Made by a program: the position numbers and the translations under genes
Notes under the pieces: model-generated
What the model saw: only the letters and a program-made list of their open reading frames with translations
Told to the model about the DNA's origin: nothing
Databases searched by the model: none
From: Lachnospiraceae bacterium
GTDB lineage: Bacteria; Bacillota; Clostridia; Lachnospirales; Lachnospiraceae
Assembly (NCBI GenBank): GCA_011960625.1
Contig: BLMJ01000224.1
Coordinates: forward strand, 97,523-161,522
DNA: 64,000 bases
Reading direction: 5' to 3'
Shown here: positions 19,152-28,950 of the stretch, in pieces
How positions within the stretch are numbered: position 1 is the stretch's first letter
Layout of the letters: the number at the start of each line of letters is the position of its first letter

Positions 19152-19189
19152 CCCCACTACCTAAATCTATACCAGCGCAGTCCACCAGA

Positions 19190-19489
19190 TTATTCCACAG
19201 CCTCTTTAAGTATGTCTGGCTCTTCCTGCATATCCTTTGCTTCCAACTCTTTCGGCTCTTCCTGTGCGACAACCTTAATCTTAGCCTGATTCAGCTCGTC
19301 GATTGCAACCGACAGAGGCTTCTCACCATTCTTCACCGGCACCAAAGGCATATTGCCGTCAATAATCTCTCTCGCTCTCTTGGCAGTAGCCATAACAATG
19401 GAATACCGGCTGTTGACAATTTTTGTCTCGCCTTCTTCTACATCCTTATTCACTACCTTCATTAAATCTGTATAAGATGGGTGCAGCAT
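19190..19489 (-). CDS. rpoZ: RNA polymerase omega subunit
   Basis: 'MLHPSY', 'SRYSIVMATAKRAR', 'KPLSVAIDEL'. Follows gmk. Confidence 0.93.
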   Translation of the reverse strand: MLHPSYTDLMKVVNKDVEEGETKIVNSRYSIVMATAKRAREIIDGNMPLVPVKNGEKPLSVAIDELNQAKIKVVAQEEPKELEAKDMQEEPDILKEAVE

Positions 19490-19492
19490 ACA

Positions 19493-20113
19493 CTATTCTC
19501 CTTTCAGCTCTTCTTTCATATGCTCTATAAACGCCGCATTACGGCAGCTTCTTCTGTGCTCTCCCTGAATAATCTGATGCACCTGGGCCACACATTCCTC
19601 AAGCACGTCATTGACGATCAGGTAATCATACTGGTCCATTCCCTCAGCTTCCTCTTTCGCCCGTCTCATACGGCCGTCGATCACATCCTCAGTCTCAGTT
19701 CCCCGCCCCTTAAGACGCGCCCTTAACTCTCTGGCTGTAGGCGGAGTCACGAACAGAAGCAGCGTATCCGGAAACTTTTCCTTCACCTTTAACGCCCCCT
19801 GAATCTCAATCTCCAGGATCACATCCTTTCCCGCCTCCAACTGCTCCTTCACATAGGTCTTCGGTGTCCCATAGTAATTGTCCACATACCTAGCATACTC
19901 TATCAGTTCATCTTTCGCAATCATTTTTTCAAATTCTTCTGTGGTTTTAAAGAAATATTCCCGTCCATCCTCCTCGCCTGGTCTCGGCTTTCTGGTTGTG
20001 GCGGAAATGGACAGCGCGTAATTGTCATACTGCCTCATTATCTCTTTCATGACCGTACCCTTGCCGGCTCCCGAGAAGCCGGATACCACGATCAAAATAC
20101 CTCTCTCGCCCAT
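19493..20113 (-). CDS. gmk: Guanylate kinase
   Basis: 'SGFSGAGKGT', 'SATTRKPRPGE.DG.EY', 'YYGTP'. Confidence 0.96.
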   Translation of the reverse strand: MGERGILIVVSGFSGAGKGTVMKEIMRQYDNYALSISATTRKPRPGEEDGREYFFKTTEEFEKMIAKDELIEYARYVDNYYGTPKTYVKEQLEAGKDVILEIEIQGALKVKEKFPDTLLLFVTPPTARELRARLKGRGTETEDVIDGRMRRAKEEAEGMDQYDYLIVNDVLEECVAQVHQIIQGEHRRSCRNAAFIEHMKEELKGE

Positions 20114-20157
20114 GAACTTGCCCTCTCTATCACTCTTACTCATTATCTGTCCATCGA

Positions 20158-21039
20158 TTATTCAATATTCTGAATCTGCTCTCTGACTTTCTCTATCTCT
20201 GTCTTTAAGTCGATCCCTGCATTCGAAACCTCTAAATCATTCCCCTTAGAAAGAATGGTATTCGCCTCTCGGTTCATCTCCTGTGCGATAAAATCTAACT
20301 TGCGCCCAATCCCGCTTTCATCGGACTGTAAAGTTTCTTTCATATGTACCACGTGGCTTCTCAGTCTAACAATCTCCTCATCCGTACAAATCTTGTCTGC
20401 AAATATTACCACCTCGGCGGCAATCCTTCCTTCCTCTATCTGCGCATCCGAAAGCAGCTCGCGCACCTTGTTCTCCAACTTCTCTCGGTACTCTGCCACA
20501 ATCTGAGGCGTCCTCTCTTCGATATAATCCACAATTTTCAACATGCCGTCCAGTTTCTTGAGGATATCCTCCTTAAGGTGGGTTCCTTCCTGGGCTCTTG
20601 TGTCTACAAACTGTCGGATGGCGCCGTCTAATGCCTTTTTCAGCCCATTCCACAGCTCTTCTTCATTCATCGCCTGCTCTTCCATGGTGAGCACCTCCGG
20701 ACAGCGCAGAAGCGTTGAAACCCGAATATCATTCCCCAGGGAAAACTTCTCTTCCATCTGCTTAAAATAAGCAAGATACTCCCCTGCCAACTGTTCATTG
20801 TACTTCAAAGACGCCTGATTCTCAGACAAATCCTCGTACGTGATAAAAATATCAACCTTTCCCCTCTGGATACTCTGCTTCAAAAGATTACGGATTGCCG
20901 TCTCGAATAAATTCAATTTCTTAGGCATACGGATATTCACATCCAGATAACGGTGATTCACACCTTTCATCTCGACGGTAAATTTCCGGTCCCCGTCCGA
21001 ACTCTCACAGCGTCCGAAACCTGTCATACTGTTTATCAT
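20158..21039 (-). CDS. yicC: YicC/YloC family endoribonuclease
   Basis: 'SMTGFGR', 'VNHRYLD', 'GRKLDFIAQEMNREANTI', 'REQIQNIE'. Confidence 0.93.
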   Translation of the reverse strand: MINSMTGFGRCESSDGDRKFTVEMKGVNHRYLDVNIRMPKKLNLFETAIRNLLKQSIQRGKVDIFITYEDLSENQASLKYNEQLAGEYLAYFKQMEEKFSLGNDIRVSTLLRCPEVLTMEEQAMNEEELWNGLKKALDGAIRQFVDTRAQEGTHLKEDILKKLDGMLKIVDYIEERTPQIVAEYREKLENKVRELLSDAQIEEGRIAAEVVIFADKICTDEEIVRLRSHVVHMKETLQSDESGIGRKLDFIAQEMNREANTILSKGNDLEVSNAGIDLKTEIEKVREQIQNIE

Positions 21040-21161
21040 GATATGAACCTCTTCTTATAAATGTATTCAAATTTATTGCTTTATTCATTATAAGGCATTT
21101 GGCAAATTGAGTCAACCATGTTATACTAATGAAAGCTTCACCCAGGAAAGGAGTTTAAATT

Positions 21162-22901
21162 ATGGCATTTGATGGAATTACGGTAGCTGCAGTGGCCAAA
21201 GAGCTTAAAGATACTTTAACAGGCGGACGGATTACTAAGATTGCACAGCCAGAGACAGACGAACTATTGCTTACCATTAAGACCTCTGACGGTGCGTACA
21301 GGCTCTATATCTCTGCCAGCGCTTCCCTTCCTTTAATCTACTTGACGGATGAGAATAAACCAAGTCCTATGACTGCGCCTAATTTCTGTATGCTGCTTCG
21401 TAAACATATCGGAAACGGGCGTATCACAGGCGTATCACAGCCCGGCCTTGAACGAATTATCCATCTGGATATTGAGCATCTGGACGAACTCGGAGATCTG
21501 TGTAAGAAAAAATTGATTGTTGAGATCATGGGAAAGCACAGCAATATTATTTTCTGTGATGAGAAAGCCAAGATCATTGACAGCATCAAGCACGTCAACG
21601 CGCAGATGAGTTCTGTCCGAGAGGTACTGCCTGGACGGGAGTATTTTATACCGGATACCATGGCAAAGCAAAATCCTCTGACCGTCGCCTCCGAGGCTTT
21701 TATCGAAACACTGAAAAGCAAGCCCTCCCCCCTAGGAAAGGCTCTCTACACCAGTTTCACGGGAATCAGTCCCATAGTGGCGGAAGAAATATGCTCTCTT
21801 GCCGGACTGGAATCTGGTATGACTGCCAGAGATTTTTCTGAGGATATGCTGTCCCATCTCTACCGGCAGTTCTCTTATTACATGGAAAATGTTAAGCAAG
21901 GCAGATACCATCCCACAATCTACAATGATAAGAATGGGCCGAAGGAATTTTGCGCAATTCCGTTATCCCATTTTGGTCAATATACATCACGGGAATTTGA
22001 TTCCATTTCCCAGGTACTTAGGACCTATTATGCTACGAAAAACACATTGACGCGTATCCGTCAGAAAAGTACGGATCTCCGCCATGTGGTGCAGATTTCT
22101 CTGGAACGAAACCGCAAGAAATACGACCTGCAGCTTAGACAGCTTAAGGATACAAAAAACCGTGATAAGTACAAGGTCTACGGGGAGCTCATCAACATCT
22201 ACGGCTACAGCCTCCCCGCCGGCTCTAAAGAGCTGACCGCCCTAAATTATTACACGGACCAGGAGATCACCATTCCTCTTGATCCTACCATGACGCCCCA
22301 GGAAAATTCACAGAAATATTTTGCCAGATATAATAAGCAGAAACGTACTTTTGAAGCTCTTACAGAATTAATCCGCGAGACTGCCGAGGATATCCAATAT
22401 CTGGAATCTATCAGCAATGCTTTGGATATCGCCATGAATGAAGCAGATTTGGCACAGATTAAAGAAGAATTGACCCAGGGCGGATACATCCGCAGAAAAT
22501 TTACTAAGAAAAAGGTAAAGCTTACCAGCAAGCCCCTGCACTACATTTCCAGCGATGGGTATCATATGTATGTGGGGAAGAACAACCTTCAAAACGATGA
22601 GCTGACCTTCTCATTTGCCGTCGGAAACGACTGGTGGTTCCACGCAAAGGGCGCGCCAGGCTCCCATGTAATCGTGAAGACCAACGGAAATGAGCTTCCG
22701 GATTCTACCTTCGAGGAGGCAGGGCGGCTTGCCGCCTACTATTCCAAAAACCGCGGCAGTGATAAAGTTGAGATTGATTATGTGGAGAAAAAGCATGTCA
22801 AGAAGCCAAACAAAGCAAAGCCCGGCTTTGTCGTGTATTATACCAATTATTCACTGGTAATCGATTCCGATATTTCCAACATAGAAAACGTGCAGGACTA
22901 A
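21162..22901 (+). CDS. rqcH: Ribosome quality control factor RqcH (NFACT/FbpA family)
   Basis: 'MAFDG', 'FCMLLRKH', 'EIMGKHSNII', 'VGKNNLQND', 'WFHAKGAPGSHV', 'KPGFVVY'. Confidence 0.92.
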   Translation: MAFDGITVAAVAKELKDTLTGGRITKIAQPETDELLLTIKTSDGAYRLYISASASLPLIYLTDENKPSPMTAPNFCMLLRKHIGNGRITGVSQPGLERIIHLDIEHLDELGDLCKKKLIVEIMGKHSNIIFCDEKAKIIDSIKHVNAQMSSVREVLPGREYFIPDTMAKQNPLTVASEAFIETLKSKPSPLGKALYTSFTGISPIVAEEICSLAGLESGMTARDFSEDMLSHLYRQFSYYMENVKQGRYHPTIYNDKNGPKEFCAIPLSHFGQYTSREFDSISQVLRTYYATKNTLTRIRQKSTDLRHVVQISLERNRKKYDLQLRQLKDTKNRDKYKVYGELINIYGYSLPAGSKELTALNYYTDQEITIPLDPTMTPQENSQKYFARYNKQKRTFEALTELIRETAEDIQYLESISNALDIAMNEADLAQIKEELTQGGYIRRKFTKKKVKLTSKPLHYISSDGYHMYVGKNNLQNDELTFSFAVGNDWWFHAKGAPGSHVIVKTNGNELPDSTFEEAGRLAAYYSKNRGSDKVEIDYVEKKHVKKPNKAKPGFVVYYTNYSLVIDSDISNIENVQD

Positions 22902-22922
22902 ACCTGCACGTTTTCTATGTTG
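22877..22922. terminator. Perfect 20-bp hairpin spanning the rqcH stop codon (likely bidirectional terminator)
   Basis: CAACATAGAAAACGTGCAGG-actaaa-CCTGCACGTTTTCTATGTTG, with the TAA stop in the loop. Confidence 0.7.
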
Positions 22923-22946
22923 TGAATCTTACGCCTCATTAGACAC

Positions 22947-23309
22947 TTACGTCTCTTTCCACAGCTTTTCGCACAAATTGCTGTACTCTGGCAGCTGGTC
23001 GGTGTATGGCTTTAGACGCTTCTGAATCCTTAAGCGCTCCGTGGGATCTGCATCATACGTAGTATGGTCATTCTGCGCCCTCTCAAGCACATCGTCGGCA
23101 ATCTCGTTAAACAGAATCCAGCAGAGCCTTTCGGCATCCGTAATCACATGGCTCTCCATAATCTCCTGACGCTCTAAGTTAATCTGCATCAGGACATAAC
23201 CAAGCTTGTCAGACCAAAGCCAATCAAGATAGGGACTGGCTTTTATGTAGTCGCCAAACACCCTACAGACCTTTTCCACATCTGCATCTCTTTTCGCCTC
23301 TTTCAACAT
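22947..23309 (-). CDS. Hypothetical protein
   Basis: 120-aa ORF with a strong RBS (GGAGGAGG) and an upstream TGa-TAGAAT extended -10. No recognised motif. Confidence 0.75.
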   Translation of the reverse strand: MLKEAKRDADVEKVCRVFGDYIKASPYLDWLWSDKLGYVLMQINLERQEIMESHVITDAERLCWILFNEIADDVLERAQNDHTTYDADPTERLRIQKRLKPYTDQLPEYSNLCEKLWKET

Positions 23310-23400
23310 CGTGTCATCCTCCTCCTGCTCCTATTAATAGATACAGAACTATTCTATCACATGATACCAGGGAGAATGTTGATGTAAATATTGGTATATT

Positions 23401-24321
23401 CTATCTATTCGCCATTTCACTGAGTTCTGAGAGCATGTTGGGAAGTTCTTCCTCCATATTCTCTGATGTAAACTGGCAGGTTCCTACCTTGCGATGGCCG
23501 CCTCCGTGATATTTCAGCATCAGGCTTCCTACATCTATACTTGCAGTCTTGTTCAAGACGCTGTAACCAACCGCCGCAGAACATCCTCTTCCGCCCCGTC
23601 CGCTGACAATCCATACGGAAATATTCTGCTGCGGATACATGCTGTAAATCATAAAACGGTTGCCGGTATAGATAGGCTCCACACCTCTTAAATCGGTAAC
23701 AATGACGTTCCCGTCCACAACCGTATGATCCGTAATCATCTTTCTGAACTTCACTGTCTGCTCAATATAAGTCTCAATACGCTCCTGCACATCCGGCAGC
23801 GCAAGAATCTCTTCTGTCCTCAAGGTACGGCAGGCATCCATAAGTTTCTCCATCAACTGGTAATTGGAGATCGAGAACTGTCTCCATCTGCCTAACCCTG
23901 TACGGGGATCCATCAAGAAGCCAATCAAAATCCATCCTGACGGATTCATAATCTCCTTCACCGACAGATTTCCTGAATCCACCTTGTCAACCGCTTCCAT
24001 CAGGTCGTCAAATTGAGGAAATGTCTTCTTTCCTCCGTAATACTCATATATGATTCTTGCACAGGACGGGCTGATGCGGCTTTCCCCATTATACCGCCCC
24101 TCAAGCTCCATCCTCTCATGCTCGCTGGAATGATGATCAAACCATAATCCGCAGCCATCCACGAAAGGTACATTGGCAAGACAGTCATTCTCGTCAATCT
24201 CAAGCAGGCCATCCTGTATATCCTTCGGATGTGCGAATTTCCAACTGTCAATAATACCCGCCTCCAGCAGCAATGCTCCGCATGCCAAACCATCAAAATC
24301 TGAACGTGTAACTAGTCTCAT
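23401..24321 (-). CDS. DHH-family phosphoesterase (exopolyphosphatase / nanoRNase-like)
   Basis: 'TRSDFDG', 'WFDHH', C-terminal 'GGGH'. Confidence 0.85.
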   Translation of the reverse strand: MRLVTRSDFDGLACGALLLEAGIIDSWKFAHPKDIQDGLLEIDENDCLANVPFVDGCGLWFDHHSSEHERMELEGRYNGESRISPSCARIIYEYYGGKKTFPQFDDLMEAVDKVDSGNLSVKEIMNPSGWILIGFLMDPRTGLGRWRQFSISNYQLMEKLMDACRTLRTEEILALPDVQERIETYIEQTVKFRKMITDHTVVDGNVIVTDLRGVEPIYTGNRFMIYSMYPQQNISVWIVSGRGGRGCSAAVGYSVLNKTASIDVGSLMLKYHGGGHRKVGTCQFTSENMEEELPNMLSELSEMANR

Positions 24322-24438
24322 GAATCTTCCTCCTACTTATACTATATTATACTCTACGGACAATAACGTACTATGTCAGCTCTTATTGTGGTTAGTATAG
24401 CATATTCGATGCATTTCAGCAAATACAATTTACAGATA

Positions 24439-25599
24439 TTACTGAACAGAGATTTTATTTTCCGGAGATTTCAGAAACAACTTGTAAAAGACCATCTCAA
24501 AAACCCGATTGGCAATAACTGCCGCACCGTTGTCATTTTTAATGAATCCAAACAGCTCGGCCAGCTCGATTGTCTGATTCAAAGCAAAATAAGGAATCTC
24601 CTTTCCCGTAAACAGAATCGAATAAACCATGTCCTTAAGCTCTGGAAAATCGTAGAGCTTGTTTACCATAGACTCAAACAACACATTCTTTTCGCCAAGG
24701 AGAATCCTGTCCGCCTCCAAAAATCCCTCATAGGTCCATGCCGCTTTTTCATCGGGAAAATCCTCGCTGCCGGCAATCTCTTCGTCTATAATCTTACAGA
24801 TTTTAGAAACCAGAAAAGGATATCCGGCCGTGTGATCATAGATACGCTCCGCCATCTTTCTGGTATCCATCCCTGTATCATGATCTTCCTCGTAATCTTT
24901 CAGCATGCCTTCAATCTCTTCCTGAGAAAATCTCATATCCCCTTTAAAATCCACGGCAATATTCCACGGACTGTTCATTCTATGTTGATCTTCCATACTT
25001 AACCTGCTTCTTAAATTCTTGATATCATAAACTCCTGCCAGAATAACCGACTGAAAGGCAGGCGACTGCTCCCTGTCGATATAATAGCCTCTTAGCTGGG
25101 ATAAAAAATCTAGAAAAATCGGTTGATTGATTGCCCTGTCTACTTCATCAACCATCAGAACGACAGGTCTGTTTGACACCCTGCATATATCGCTCAAATA
25201 TTGGAACAATTCTACCAATTCAAATTCCTCTTCATTCACCTGCACAGCCATCTTCATACGCTCCAGGGCCTTTTTTAGCTCCATAGAAAGAACGGCGTCC
25301 AGCTTTTGCATAATACGGATAAACGCCTTTGCAAATGCCACGGAAAAACGATTCTCATCGCGGAATTTGGCATGGCTCATGTGCATCTGCAAATCCATGT
25401 TGACCACGTAGTACCCATCCTTCAACTGCTCCTTTAAAGTACGCAGCATGGTTGTCTTTCCATATTGACGGGGCCGATTTATTGTAAAATAGATTCCTTT
25501 GTCTACATAGCTTTTCATCTGGGTTAATCTGGAGGTAAGATCAACCATATAGTGCATATTCGGTTTACAGTCCGCCGTTATATTAAATATTTTTTCCAT
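24439..25599 (-). CDS. AAA-like ATPase, apparently lacking its usual C-terminal nuclease domain
   Basis: Walker A 'RPRQYGKTT', Walker B 'VLMVDEVD', 'SPWNIA', 'T.GYPFLVSKIC'. Start at MEKIFN after a GGAAGGAG RBS. Confidence 0.8.
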   Translation of the reverse strand: MEKIFNITADCKPNMHYMVDLTSRLTQMKSYVDKGIYFTINRPRQYGKTTMLRTLKEQLKDGYYVVNMDLQMHMSHAKFRDENRFSVAFAKAFIRIMQKLDAVLSMELKKALERMKMAVQVNEEEFELVELFQYLSDICRVSNRPVVLMVDEVDRAINQPIFLDFLSQLRGYYIDREQSPAFQSVILAGVYDIKNLRSRLSMEDQHRMNSPWNIAVDFKGDMRFSQEEIEGMLKDYEEDHDTGMDTRKMAERIYDHTAGYPFLVSKICKIIDEEIAGSEDFPDEKAAWTYEGFLEADRILLGEKNVLFESMVNKLYDFPELKDMVYSILFTGKEIPYFALNQTIELAELFGFIKNDNGAAVIANRVFEMVFYKLFLKSPENKISVQ

Positions 25600-25654
25600 A
25601 GTATCATACTCCTTCCAATGTAAAAAACTCCCATTCTCCATGCCCGTAAAATCA

Positions 25655-26980
25655 TTAATAAACTGCCGCGCCATTCTCCATGCCCAACAAATAATCAATA
25701 AATTGCTGCGCCGTCCTTCCAGACAGCCCCCCATGGCTTAACTCCCATTTATTTGCCTCAAGCAAAAGCTCCTCCTTTGGCATCCCGATTTTGTTTCGCT
25801 TCGCCAGCTTAAGCACAATCTCCTGAAACTCCTTCTTCTCCGGCTTTCCAAAATAAATCGTCACGCCAAATCTTGCCACCAGCGACAGCTTCTCCTGCAC
25901 CGTATCATTGGTATGCAGCTCCTCGTCCCTGTCCGCCTTATCCCGAAAGGTCTCTCGAACCAGATGTCTTCGGTTCGACGTGGCATAGATTAGAATATTG
26001 TCAGGCTTTTTCTCCAAGCCTCCCTCAATCACCGCTTTTAGATACTTATATTCAATCTCAAATTCCTCAAAAGACAGATCATCCATATAGATTATAAACT
26101 TATAATTCCGATTCTTAATCTGTGAGATAATATGGTTTAAATCCTGAAATTGATGCTTGTACACCTCGATCATTCGAAGCCCCCGGTCATAATATTGATT
26201 CAAAATCGCCTTAATGGAAGAGGATTTCCCAGTCCCTGCATCACCGAACAGCAGACAGTTATTCGCCCTTCTCCCCGCCACAAATGCCTCCGTATTATCG
26301 ACTAACTTCTTCTTGGCAATCTCATACCCGATCAAATCCTCCAGATGTACGTGTGCAATCTTCGTAATCGGAACAATCTTTACTCCCTCTTCCCCATGCT
26401 CTACCCGAAACGCCTTGTGAAGCCCCAGTTTTCCCACGCCAAATTCCTTATAAAACTGCGTCAGAATCCCCTTGAACTCCCCCGTATCCCTGGTCTCTGC
26501 AAGATTTCGGCTCAAGCTGCAAATCCTCTCGCAAATCCTCCTGTTAAACAACTTTCCATGACTGTCCATCCCCTGATAATTAAGAAGCATAGACAGACAC
26601 CCCGCCTTTAAAGACTCCGCCATCTCTGCAAAATCATAATCAAACAATTCCTTGAAAATTTCAAAATCATGCTCTGCCGCCTGATTGATACTGCCTGCCA
26701 CCTCTCCTACGATCTCACAGGAGGTACTATACGCGTTTTCATGGCTCGCCAACAGATATGTCAGGTAATTATGCCACAGATTCCCCTCAAATCCATGGCT
26801 TACGGTCATCTCTAAAAGCTCATTCAAACACTCAAACAATAACCCCTTCAAATCCTCAGAATTATAATAAGTATTATCATAATTCTCCATCAGAAAGGTT
26901 ATATCTTTAAGGATTTTTTCCTGCTCCATATGCTTATACAAGATTAATTCATTGATCCTCATCGTATCAAAATCCCCCAT
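25655..26980 (-). CDS. DUF815-family AAA+ ATP-binding protein
   Basis: 'NNCLLFGDAGTGKSS', 'DDLSFE', 'YATSNRRHL', 'EKLSL..RFG', 'SGRTAQQF'. Confidence 0.9.
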   Translation of the reverse strand: MGDFDTMRINELILYKHMEQEKILKDITFLMENYDNTYYNSEDLKGLLFECLNELLEMTVSHGFEGNLWHNYLTYLLASHENAYSTSCEIVGEVAGSINQAAEHDFEIFKELFDYDFAEMAESLKAGCLSMLLNYQGMDSHGKLFNRRICERICSLSRNLAETRDTGEFKGILTQFYKEFGVGKLGLHKAFRVEHGEEGVKIVPITKIAHVHLEDLIGYEIAKKKLVDNTEAFVAGRRANNCLLFGDAGTGKSSSIKAILNQYYDRGLRMIEVYKHQFQDLNHIISQIKNRNYKFIIYMDDLSFEEFEIEYKYLKAVIEGGLEKKPDNILIYATSNRRHLVRETFRDKADRDEELHTNDTVQEKLSLVARFGVTIYFGKPEKKEFQEIVLKLAKRNKIGMPKEELLLEANKWELSHGGLSGRTAQQFIDYLLGMENGAAVY

Positions 26981-26985
26981 ACTGC

Positions 26986-28116
26986 CTAATAGTTTCCAAG
27001 TATCCGAAGGCTCTTACTTTCTTCCCTGAGTCCCCGAATGGCATTCTTCACAGCCGGTTTAGCAAGATTACCCTCGAAATCCACGAAGAACCGATATTCC
27101 CAGTTTCTTCCCTCCACTGGTCTTGACTCAATCCTGGTCATATTCAAATCATTGTATATAAAATGTGACAACAACTGATACAGCGACCCACTCTCATGAG
27201 GCACCTCGAAGCAAATACTAATCTTTTTTGCATCTTTGAGAAAAATCTTCTGGTTCGTCACCACGATAAAACGTGTGGAATTGCCAGGGTCGTCGTTAAT
27301 ATTATCTGCAAGCACCTCAAGGCCATGAATCTTCGCTGCATAGGCGCTGCAGACAGCCGCCTGGCTCTTATCCTGCTCCTCCATGATTTTCTTGGCTGCA
27401 ATCGCCGTATTCGCCACGCTGATCTGCTGCCAACCGCTGTTTTCCTCCAGAAAACGGGATGCCTGCATCAAAGCAACCCCTTTGGAATAGACTCGCTCAA
27501 TATCCGAAAGCTTTGTTCCCGGAAGTCCGGCCAGAGTATGGGTGATTGGAATAATGGTCTCCCCAACAATATAGTTTTCAAATTCAACCAACAGATCGTA
27601 CATCTCGTCCACGGCCCCCGCCGTCGAATTTTCAATGGGAAGCACCGCAAAATCCGCAGCCCCTTCTTCTATCGACTCCATGGCATCCCGAAATGTACGC
27701 ACATAGAAGCTATTACATTTCTCGCCAAAGTAATACTGCATGGCCGCCTGACTGTAGGCCCCTTCTGTCCCCGGAAATACCACTCGCGCATTATCGGTAT
27801 CTAATGCCTCCACCCCGATGAAGGGCAAACGCCCAAGGGCTCCCGCCTCCACCAGTTTCTGGTACTGGACCTTTCGGCTCATAGCCATCAACTGCTCGAA
27901 CAGTTCCCGCACACCCTTCTTATTAAATTCCGTAGATGCTTTATCTGCCACAGACTTCAGTTTCTCCCGCTCTCTTTGGCGGTCAAATATCTTCATTCCA
28001 TTCTGTATCTTATAGTCTCCAACCTGACCGCCTAAGCGTACTCTTTCCTCAAACAGTCTTACAATCTCGTCATCCACAGCGTCTATCTGCACTCTTAACT
28101 CCGCTAACGTCGCCAT
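26986..28116 (-). CDS. pheA: Chorismate mutase / prephenate dehydratase
   Basis: N-terminal CM 'LR..ID..D'; PDT 'GAYS', 'PIENS', 'NSTRF'; ACT 'NMTRIESRP'. Confidence 0.93.
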   Translation of the reverse strand: MATLAELRVQIDAVDDEIVRLFEERVRLGGQVGDYKIQNGMKIFDRQREREKLKSVADKASTEFNKKGVRELFEQLMAMSRKVQYQKLVEAGALGRLPFIGVEALDTDNARVVFPGTEGAYSQAAMQYYFGEKCNSFYVRTFRDAMESIEEGAADFAVLPIENSTAGAVDEMYDLLVEFENYIVGETIIPITHTLAGLPGTKLSDIERVYSKGVALMQASRFLEENSGWQQISVANTAIAAKKIMEEQDKSQAAVCSAYAAKIHGLEVLADNINDDPGNSTRFIVVTNQKIFLKDAKKISICFEVPHESGSLYQLLSHFIYNDLNMTRIESRPVEGRNWEYRFFVDFEGNLAKPAVKNAIRGLREESKSLRILGNY

Positions 28117-28253
28117 ATTATCTTCTCCTTTTTGCCTATCTGCACAGTAAGTTAGTCAATTCCATTGTATTATAATACATCTTCTGGATTTTTTGTCAAA
28201 TTTTTGTAGGAAAAATCTGTATAAAATCCCTATTTTTTACCATACTTATCCAT

Positions 28254-28637
28254 ATGAAGCATAATTTCCTGACCTGCGGGACCACTGGCTGGTGCATGGA
28301 AATCCTGTTCACAGGACTCCACTCCCTGCAGGATGAAAATCCAAAACTTACGGGGAATACTTCCATCTGGATGTTTCCCATTTACGGCTGCGCAAGCTTC
28401 TTAGCGCCCATCTGCCGGCTGCTCAAGGGAAAAAGCCTATTATTGCGAGGAGGCGTATACACCTGCTGCATTTTCTGCGGCGAATATATAACAGGCTCTC
28501 TCCTAAAGAAATTTGACGCATGCCCCTGGGACTACAGTAAAGCCCCTCTAAATGTCCGCGGCCTAATCCGCTTAGATTACGCCCCGCTCTGGTTCGGCGC
28601 CGGATTATTGTTTGAAAAAATCCTCATAAAACATTGA
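28254..28637 (+). CDS. Small membrane protein, putative ABC-permease-like (DUF1113/CmpB-type) family
   Basis: 'GW..E', 'WMFPIYG', 'EY.TG', 'PWDYS..PLNV.GLIRL'. Confidence 0.75.
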   Translation: MKHNFLTCGTTGWCMEILFTGLHSLQDENPKLTGNTSIWMFPIYGCASFLAPICRLLKGKSLLLRGGVYTCCIFCGEYITGSLLKKFDACPWDYSKAPLNVRGLIRLDYAPLWFGAGLLFEKILIKH

Positions 28638-28662
28638 AAATCTTTCGTATTTGTTATATTAT
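28634..28662 (+). promoter_or_regulatory. sigma-A-type promoter upstream of the small ORF and pyrBI
   Basis: TTGAAA, 17 bp, TATTAT. Confidence 0.5.
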
Positions 28663-28695
28663 AGTAGGAAAGATTTTCAACAGGGAGGATAAGGC

Positions 28696-28950
28696 ATGAA
28701 TATCCGTGAATACAACAGAAGCATAATAAGCAGTCATATAGAACGTCCGTGTTTCGTCATTCATATTTTATTTGGGTGGCTGGTTGTATTCATTTCTTAT
28801 TTCCGTTTTTTCGAAGATGTCTTTTCTCATATTAATAACAATTTTAGTAACAATTCTTTTTTTCTTAGCATATTCACTCACACACATAATCGTAATTTTC
28901 CTTACTGTTATTTATATATTCCGCCTGCGGCAGACGCCGCGCTTACCTGA
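28696..28950 (+). CDS. Possible small AT-rich hypothetical protein (may be frameshifted)
   Basis: Strong RBS GGGGAGG before ATG 28696. An overlapping hydrophobic frame runs 28772-29026. Confidence 0.35.
   Translation: MNIREYNRSIISSHIERPCFVIHILFGWLVVFISYFRFFEDVFSHINNNFSNNSFFLSIFTHTHNRNFPYCYLYIPPAADAALT

Noticed and set aside
23401-24321. Functional pairing of the DHH phosphoesterase with ppk1 as a polyphosphate module
   Set aside because: About 14 kb apart with many unrelated genes between; DHH substrate cannot be determined from sequence.
28218-28256. Possible sigma-E promoter giving a leaderless mRNA for the small membrane gene
   Set aside because: The CATACTTA match is imperfect and lack of an RBS alone is weak evidence.
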